Source: an uncultured Candidatus Bathyarchaeia archaeon
GTDB lineage: Archaea > Thermoproteota > Bathyarchaeia > TCS64
NCBI GenBank assembly: GCA_964513225.1
Contig: CAZEMD010000002.1
Span: forward strand, 1 to 37,268
Length of the DNA: 37,268 bases
Direction: 5' to 3'
Made by a program: the position numbers and the translations under genes. Below are positions 32,086 through 37,268 of the stretch, piece after piece (position 1 is the stretch's first letter; every line of letters begins with the position of its first letter). The notes under the pieces are model-generated. The model was given only the letters and a program-made list of their open reading frames with translations, did no database searches and was not told where the DNA came from.

Positions 32086-33648
32086 ATGCCAAAATTTTGT
32101 CCGGAATGCGGTTCTCAAATAAAATTTGAAAATGCAAAGTTTTGTACTAATTGTGGATTTAATTTTCAAGATAATATCTCAACTGCATCTGAAAGTGATA
32201 CTAAAGTTAAACAAAATGTTTCGTTCAACATCTTTCAACTTGGAGAAAAAATGGAAGAGGCTATAGAACAAATATTTATCGCTAAAGGCTATAAAACAAA
32301 AAGAAGGCAAAGAATCAAAGGAAAATCGGGTACCATAAATGAAATAGATGTTTTAGCAATAAAAAATAGAAAAAAAATTGCTATTGAATGTAAAAACCAT
32401 TCAACACCAATCGGACAAAATCTAATCAGAGATTTTTATACAAAAATAAAAGAAATTAGAATACCTAATGGGTTTTTTGCTTCCAACTCTGATTTCACCA
32501 GTGGCGCGATCAAGTTCGCACAACAGAACAATATCACACTTTGGTCAAGAGAAGAAATAATAGAAGAATACTGGTTAGTTAATGTTGGGAGAACAAACGT
32601 AGGAAAAGAGCATAATCTAAAAAACGCATTACCTTTAAATATAGATTACGAAAAAGCAATTAAATTAAATTTAGAGAATTATGATAAAATAAAGATAAAT
32701 TCCTCAAATTTATTTTATAAACCATATTACGTAGTTGAATATGTGTTTAAAGATAAATATCATGATCCTACGAGAGAGATCCATACATTTTATGATGAAG
32801 GATTAGTACTTATAGATGGATTAGATGGAAGGATATTGAATAAAACAGATACCATGGGTAGATTAAAACAAATAATTAGTAACTCAGATGAGGAAGTAGA
32901 TACGAAAGTATATGATGAATTATTAAATTATAATAAAGTTGAGAATTATAGAATAAACTCTGATTTTTTTAATGTTAATGTCATGGAACCTCAGGTTCAA
33001 AATAGATTCATAAAAAAATTAGCTACAGATTATATAACAGAGAAAAACACAAAAGAAATAAATTATATACCTAAATCATCAGAAACAATTTTTGATGGAA
33101 AAAGTGTCACCTATAAACCTAAAAGTAAAAATATTATGCTGAAAAAAGTAAATTTTCTGTACGTTCCAAAATGGAAGATCGAGTTCCAATCTATCGATAA
33201 TTATTATACAAGGGAAATTTATGGCCATACAGGAACTAAAATTGAAGATACAATAGAGTACTGTCCTTATCACTTTCAGCTTGGTGGTTTGAGGTTAGTA
33301 ACGAAAGCTACTCACGCCGTGTGTGAAGTTTGTGGTCAGGCTCTGTGTAACGAACATATCACCCAATGTCCCCTTTGTGGAAAATGGTTGTGCATGGAAT
33401 GTGGAGTCAAGTGCAGTAATTGTAATCGAATATATTGCGTGGAACATATAAATAATCTATGTTCAATAAGCCAAAAAGAGATTTGTGATGAATGTACTTC
33501 TATCTGTCCAATTTGTGGCAATATGTACAGCAATAAGTTTGAGGTTGAGTGTTCTGAATGTGGCTCCATAGTATGTAAAAACTGCTCGCAGTCAAAAGGA
33601 ATGATAAGAAGAAAACAATTCTGTATTAATTGTTTATCAGATTTATGA
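32086..33648 (+). CDS. Zn-ribbon / Mrr-type restriction endonuclease domain / unknown middle domain / C-terminal multi-CxxC protein
   Basis: Start set at MPKFCPECGSQIKFENAKFCTNCG (zinc ribbon). The segment ...MEEAIEQIFIAKGYKTKRRQRIKGKSGTINEIDVLAIKNRKKIAIECKNHSTPIGQNLIRDFY...NGFFASNSDFTSGAIKFAQQNNITLW is Mrr_cat-like (D...E-x-K). The last about 115 aa hold at least 8 CxxC pairs. About one-third G+C by eye. Confidence 0.7.
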   Translation: MPKFCPECGSQIKFENAKFCTNCGFNFQDNISTASESDTKVKQNVSFNIFQLGEKMEEAIEQIFIAKGYKTKRRQRIKGKSGTINEIDVLAIKNRKKIAIECKNHSTPIGQNLIRDFYTKIKEIRIPNGFFASNSDFTSGAIKFAQQNNITLWSREEIIEEYWLVNVGRTNVGKEHNLKNALPLNIDYEKAIKLNLENYDKIKINSSNLFYKPYYVVEYVFKDKYHDPTREIHTFYDEGLVLIDGLDGRILNKTDTMGRLKQIISNSDEEVDTKVYDELLNYNKVENYRINSDFFNVNVMEPQVQNRFIKKLATDYITEKNTKEINYIPKSSETIFDGKSVTYKPKSKNIMLKKVNFLYVPKWKIEFQSIDNYYTREIYGHTGTKIEDTIEYCPYHFQLGGLRLVTKATHAVCEVCGQALCNEHITQCPLCGKWLCMECGVKCSNCNRIYCVEHINNLCSISQKEICDECTSICPICGNMYSNKFEVECSECGSIVCKNCSQSKGMIRRKQFCINCLSDL

Positions 33649-33675
33649 TTGTAGTGGTATTATTTTAGTTCTATG

Positions 33676-33706
33676 CTTGCATATGAAGGCACACATGCAA
33701 GTTTTT
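33676..33706 (+). terminator. hairpin (CTTGCATATG...CACATGCAAG) followed by a T5 run
   Basis: 9/10 complementary arms at 33676-33701, then TTTTT at 33702-33706. Lies 28 nt after the stop of the Mrr/Zn gene. Confidence 0.4.
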
Positions 33707-33961
33707 AAATGAAATTATTTATTTTGGAGGGAGTGTGTTCATTTTTTAAGCTGCCCTTGCCAGGAGTTTGCTGGGTGGCGGGTTTTCCTCTGAGTTTCTG
33801 AAAAAGGGCGTGTGGGTGGATTAGCCCCCTTTTGCATTCATTCACTGAGGGCCCCTGTGAAACTTTCTTTTCTATACTTATCCAGTATATCTCCCAGAGG
33901 AGTTAGAAAGAATCGTTTTTCAGTTCATTAGTGAATTGAGATGGATTTTTCATTTTATATT

Positions 33962-34771
33962 TTAGTTTATCCATTCTTTCATTGAAGCAGTTCTTCGTTC
34001 CTGTTCTTTGGTTCTAGAAGCGATCATTTTTCTGCCTTCTTCTGGGTCGTTGAGTATCTCTTTGAGTCGGCCGTAGTCTCTTGCGATTGCGTTTCCTGCC
34101 ACCCATGCTCCGGCGTTGAAGTCTAGTGGTGAGCAATCTGCTTGTCTGCATAACTCTATTATATCGTGTTTTTTGGCTTTGTATTTGTTACCTAATATTA
34201 TCTTGAGTGCTTGTTCCACCCACGTGTCTATTGGCTGGAAGTGGGGGTGATAGTGTCTGTCGGTTTCGAGGTGACGGTAGGCTATGTCTCGTAGGTAGAG
34301 GCAGGTTATTTTGTCTCCTACGCCTCGGATCGAGTTTATGAACTTGTAGGCGGCTGGAACTTGGTTTGATGATAATAGGTCTTGGGCGTATGTGTAGAGG
34401 TTGACTGCTTTTTCCTGTGATAGTCTTCGTAGGACCCCTTTGTCTGATTTCATAGGGTTGTGGGTTTCGTTTAGTTTTGGTTCATGATACTTATCTTTGG
34501 CTATATCTTTGTATGTTTTCCATGCTTTTTCTGCATCTTTTTTGGTTATTCTGGTTATCTCGTCTTTGAACGTTTGGTTTATGGCCAGATTTGCTAGGGT
34601 TCTGTATGATTGGGCTGCTCCTTGTCTTTCATATGCGTAGTTATGTAGAAAGTTTAGCAGGGCTTGTTTCGGTGTTTCGGGTGGGTCTTCTAGCCATCCG
34701 TTCCAGAAGATGGTTGAATAGCTCGCTGTGTTGTTGGCTAGGTCGATTTGACTTTGTTTGAATTTCTTCAT
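33962..34771 (-). CDS. divergent HhH-GPD glycosylase-like protein (no Fe-S loop)
   Basis: ...AAYKFINSIRGVGDKITCLYLRDIAY...HFQPIDTWVEQAL has the HhH hairpin with Lys plus a downstream Asp at EndoIII-like spacing. The N-terminal about 130 aa are unrecognised. Confidence 0.5.
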   Translation of the reverse strand: MKKFKQSQIDLANNTASYSTIFWNGWLEDPPETPKQALLNFLHNYAYERQGAAQSYRTLANLAINQTFKDEITRITKKDAEKAWKTYKDIAKDKYHEPKLNETHNPMKSDKGVLRRLSQEKAVNLYTYAQDLLSSNQVPAAYKFINSIRGVGDKITCLYLRDIAYRHLETDRHYHPHFQPIDTWVEQALKIILGNKYKAKKHDIIELCRQADCSPLDFNAGAWVAGNAIARDYGRLKEILNDPEEGRKMIASRTKEQERRTASMKEWIN

Positions 34772-35122
34772 TTATCTCACCGTTTAGATTATTGTTTTTT
34801 TTCAGGTGGATCTTATAATTCATATGTAGGTTCAATCCATAATAATAGTTAATTAAAATATATTATTCGGGGAGACGAAGAATGTTAGGCTCTTCGTTGA
34901 TGGTGACTATGAGGGCCTTAGTACAGGCACCACCGTCAACGTGAAGCTCCACAGTCTGGCGGGATGGATTACATCAAACTTAATATTATTTTAGCAACTT
35001 TAAAAGGAAAATAAATTAAATTTATTTTAATGTTTAACCTCGTCCTTTCGCCTGTATAGCCGGTGGGTCGTCGGGTGGTGTTTAGGGTTAACTCTTTAGG
35101 TTTATTCCTCCATTTATCTTCC

Positions 35123-35326
35123 ATGCGTGTGGCTCTGGTTGTTGGGACTCGGCCTCAGATCATCAAGTCTGCTCCCATCATTAAGGAGGCTGGTAGGCGT
35201 GGTTTGGAGCTGGACGTGGTGCACACGGGGCAGCACTATGATTACGAGTTATCCCGGGTTTTCTTCAACGAGTTTGAGATGCCCGAGCCGATTATGGATG
35301 CTGACCATTATCGGTGTCGTTTTTAA
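35123..35326 (+). pseudogene. wecB: truncated UDP-GlcNAc 2-epimerase 5' fragment (copy 3)
   Basis: MRVALVVGTRPQIIKSAPIIKEAGRRGLELDVVHTGQHYDYELSRVFFNEFEMPEP..., then stop. The first 116 nt are identical to copy 2. Confidence 0.85.
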
Positions 35327-35735
35327 GGACTAGGTGAAGCAGCTTTCTGGTGGTTATGGTGGGGGTGAGTTGTGCTTTGAGCAGCTCCTTGTCCCCCGTC
35401 ACCAGGTAGTCGGACCCTGAGTCTATGGCTCCGAGGGCGACCGGGATGTCCTTGCGGTCGTTGAGGGTGTGGAGGTTGGAGAGGATCTCCTCGTCGGGTG
35501 GGTCCTCCGTCACCGTCATGCAGGCGTGGAGGTACTTGATCAGGCCCTCGATCTCCTCCGGCGTCAGGTTGAACTCGGGTCTCCTGAGGACGGCTGAAGC
35601 CTCCGAAAGGACGTAGTGGTTGGTCTGGAGCCTGACTGCGCCTACCCGGCCCAGCTCCAGGAGGGTGGCCTCGTTGCCCTCGAAGAGGAGGCCGCTTGCG
35701 ATGGTGTTAGCGTCGAGGAAGGCGCGTAGCGGTTT
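35292..35735 (-). CDS. PIN-domain toxin (TIGR00305-like), start codon unclear
   Basis: The frame reads ...RKPLRAFLDANTIASGLLFEGNEATLLELGRVGAVRLQTNHYVLSEASAVL...DIPVALGAIDSGSDYLVTGDKELL. The ORF track lists only the last 75 aa, because there is no ATG/GTG/TTG between the upstream TAA and ATG 35519. Confidence 0.6.
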   Translation of the reverse strand, partial: KPLRAFLDANTIASGLLFEGNEATLLELGRVGAVRLQTNHYVLSEASAVLRRPEFNLTPEEIEGLIKYLHACMTVTEDPPDEEILSNLHTLNDRKDIPVALGAIDSGSDYLVTGDKELLKAQLTPTITTRKLLHLVLKNDTDNGQHP

Positions 35736-36015
35736 TCTCCCAGGCAGCCTCGGATTCCTCCTCGACGATCTCCTGGAGGCGTCGGCGGGTTATGCCGGTC
35801 TTCTTCACCTTCTCCCTGATGAGGGCGAGGAGGCGCTTCTCGCCCTGGAACTTCTTGATGAGGTAGGTGTCGCCTATCTTCTCTATGACCACGTAGTCGT
35901 CTTGGGTGAGGCCGAGTTCCTCTCTGACCTCTTTGGGTAGGGTTATCTGGCCTACGGAGGTGACCTTGCTTATGTATGTCTCGGCCATGTGGTTCGCCGT
36001 TATCGGCTGGGACAT
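35707..36015 (-). CDS. AbrB/SpoVT-type antitoxin
   Basis: ...VTSVGQITLPKEVREELGLTQDDYVVIEKIGDTYLIKK... is a swapped-hairpin AbrB motif. Alternative start at 35988. Confidence 0.75.
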   Translation of the reverse strand: MSQPITANHMAETYISKVTSVGQITLPKEVREELGLTQDDYVVIEKIGDTYLIKKFQGEKRLLALIREKVKKTGITRRRLQEIVEEESEAAWEKTATRLPRR

Positions 36016-36249
36016 TGGGTTATTTAAGAATTTCTTAGATGGCGTGTTGGCTGGCTTTGTTCACGGTTTGTGGACGTATTGTTTATGGGCCGTGAACAGC
36101 GCTGGGTGGTGGTTGTTTGTGGTTGTGAGTGCGTGTGGGGGGATCCAATGTCGTCATCGAGGTTCAACGTTTCCCGGGGTTGTTTGCTGATCGGAGGTCT
36201 TCCCGGGCTCCTTTGGGCTGCCTGTAGTCTTCGCCGTGGAAGCCCTTTT

Positions 36250-36696
36250 TCACATTGATCTCAGGTCGAATACGGTTAAACCGAGTTCTTCCTGGTTTTG
36301 AATTATGTATTTGTCGCTTGTGATCAATGGCAGGCTGTGTATCTTCGCTGTTGCGACGTGGTACGCATCGAAGTAGTGAAGTTTCCGAGGGCCTCGATGT
36401 CGTTGATAGAGCATCAACGCGTTGTATGTGATGGCGGGAGTCAAGGGCAGGGGCGTGTGTGTTATGGAGGCTATTGAGATGATGACCTGCGCCGCTTCCA
36501 TAATAGATAGTCCTTTGGATCTCAGGGCCGTGGTTATGTCTTCGTAGAGCATGCTCGAGACGTAGGCTTGGGTCCTGCCTTCGAGGATCTGGTTTACTAC
36601 TTTCTCCGAGTGGGCGATGAGGTTGTCGGCTTTGATGTAGGAGATGAAGACGTCGGAGTCGATTAGGCGTCTATTGTCGGTCTCGTTTGAGGACAT
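36250..36696 (-). CDS. vapC: VapC PIN-domain toxin
   Basis: ...LIDSDVFISY..., ...YEDITTAL..., ...HYFDAYHVATA... and ...LITSDKYI give the PIN acidic-residue pattern. Confidence 0.8.
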   Translation of the reverse strand: MSSNETDNRRLIDSDVFISYIKADNLIAHSEKVVNQILEGRTQAYVSSMLYEDITTALRSKGLSIMEAAQVIISIASITHTPLPLTPAITYNALMLYQRHRGPRKLHYFDAYHVATAKIHSLPLITSDKYIIQNQEELGLTVFDLRSM

Positions 36697-36904
36697 AGTC
36701 TTCTCCTGCTTCCTCCAGTTCTTCGATGGTCCATGGGATGTCGATTGATCCTTTTACTTCCTCGGGTTCGGGTATTGGTACCAGCTTGATTATTTTCTCC
36801 TCGTAGTATGCGATGAATCTTCTGGATTGTATCTTTTTCCGTATATCCGAGGGGAGGGTTAATCTGCCTCGGTCGTCGAGGGTTATCTCACTCATTTTAC
36901 CCAT
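36671..36904 (-). CDS. vapB: AbrB/SpoVT-type VapB antitoxin
   Basis: MSEITLDDRGRLTLPSDIRKKI... Overlaps the downstream PIN gene. Confidence 0.75.
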   Translation of the reverse strand: MGKMSEITLDDRGRLTLPSDIRKKIQSRRFIAYYEEKIIKLVPIPEPEEVKGSIDIPWTIEELEEAGEDYVLKRDRQ

Positions 36905-36980
36905 TTACTGGTAGGGATACCCGCGGTTATATGTTTTTTCCCTTCATGTGTGGGCCTTACCCACAAGAATCCATGGTAGA

Positions 36981-37147
36981 GACGGCTGGATGGCTTGGGG
37001 GTGGTCAGGGCTTCATCGTGGGCCCCTCGACGAGGTGTTGAACCTGGTTCAGCTGGGTTAAGGTGAGTGTGACGCCTGGTGGGGTTCACTTGCCTCTTTT
37101 CTGTGTGTGTTGGATAATCTTTTAGATTGCTAGGAGAATCTTTCAAC
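36981..37147 (+). repeat. about 168-bp wecB upstream repeat (pairs with 26960-27127)
   Basis: See 26960-27127. Confidence 0.9.
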
Positions 37148-37268
37148 ATGCGTGTGGCTCTGGTTATTGGGACTCGGCCTCAGATAATCAAGTCTGCTCC
37201 ATCATTAAGGAGGCTGGTAGGCGTGGGTTGGAGCTGGATGTGGTGCATACGGGGCAGCACTATGATTA
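37148..37268 (+). pseudogene. wecB: UDP-GlcNAc 2-epimerase 5' end, copy 4 (runs off the window; 1-nt deletion relative to the other copies)
   Basis: ATGCGTGTGGCTCTGGTTATTGGGACTCGGCCTCAGATAATCAAGTCTGCTCC-ATCATT... The other copies have CCC here, so the frame becomes MRVALVIGTRPQIIKSAPSLRRLVGVG... This may be a true frameshift or a homopolymer error. Confidence 0.6.

Larger units (their letters stand above)
27288..35122. mobile_element. cassette C (composite: glycosylase-like genes, TA pairs, Mrr/Zn gene and a second target-gene fragment)
   Basis: Bounded by wecB fragments 2 and 3. Its composition is strongly mosaic. Confidence 0.4.
35290..37147. mobile_element. cassette D (two PIN/AbrB TA modules)
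   Basis: Bounded by wecB copies 3 and 4. Both ends are homologous to the ends of cassette B. Confidence 0.45.

Noticed and set aside
21400-37268. CRISPR array or integron (attC/IntI) as an explanation for the repeated structure
   Set aside because: The repeats are about 50-330 bp gene-start segments with variable length and kb-scale, gene-containing spacers. There are no short regular repeat-spacer units, no attC-like imperfect palindromes at cassette ends, and no integrase or cas genes.

Overview
Probably an archaeal chromosomal segment. Supporting signs are frequent GTG/TTG starts, AT-rich TATA-like boxes about 25 nt upstream of start codons, dense VapBC-type modules and an archaeal-style Wbp sugar cluster. 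The backbone looks roughly 50-58% G+C by eye, with clearly AT-rich patches. No rRNA, tRNA or CRISPR array was recognised.

Layout:
- 1-10.3 kb: ordinary genes. These are a GAF-wHTH regulator, a crotonase, OsmC, a D-aminoacylase-like amidohydrolase, aminopeptidase C, an M20 amidohydrolase and a receiver-PAS-GAF protein.
- 10.4-13.1 kb: a small toxin-antitoxin (TA) cluster (UPF0175/DUF3368 and VapBC) plus two convergent genes that both carry nonsense codons.
- 13.1-14.7 kb: a gene-poor stretch.
- 14.7-20.3 kb: four genes of the WbpA/B/E/D-type UDP-2,3-diacetamido-uronic-acid pathway, interrupted by a DUF2130-like PD-(D/E)XK coiled-coil gene.
- 21.5 kb to the window end: the most interesting region. 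The 5' end of a UDP-GlcNAc 2-epimerase gene (wecB/wbpI-like, the fifth Wbp step) occurs five times in direct orientation, at 21543, 24241, 27128, 35123 and 37148.

The five wecB copies cut about 15.7 kb into cassettes that contain almost only TA or defence-type cargo:
- two AbiEi/AbiEii pairs, one with an AbiEi that has a nuclease-fold N-terminal extension
- a DUF6516-like pair
- four PIN modules and two UPF0175/DUF3368 pairs
- two divergent HhH-GPD glycosylase-like genes
- an AT-rich Zn-ribbon/Mrr-nuclease/Cys-rich gene
- a second truncated sugar-nucleotidyltransferase gene fragment

Two cassettes share both termini but carry different cargo. No recombinase is visible. I read this as a serially built integration or defence hotspot at the 5' end of a glycan gene. 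That interpretation is inference. The repeats themselves are directly visible in the sequence.
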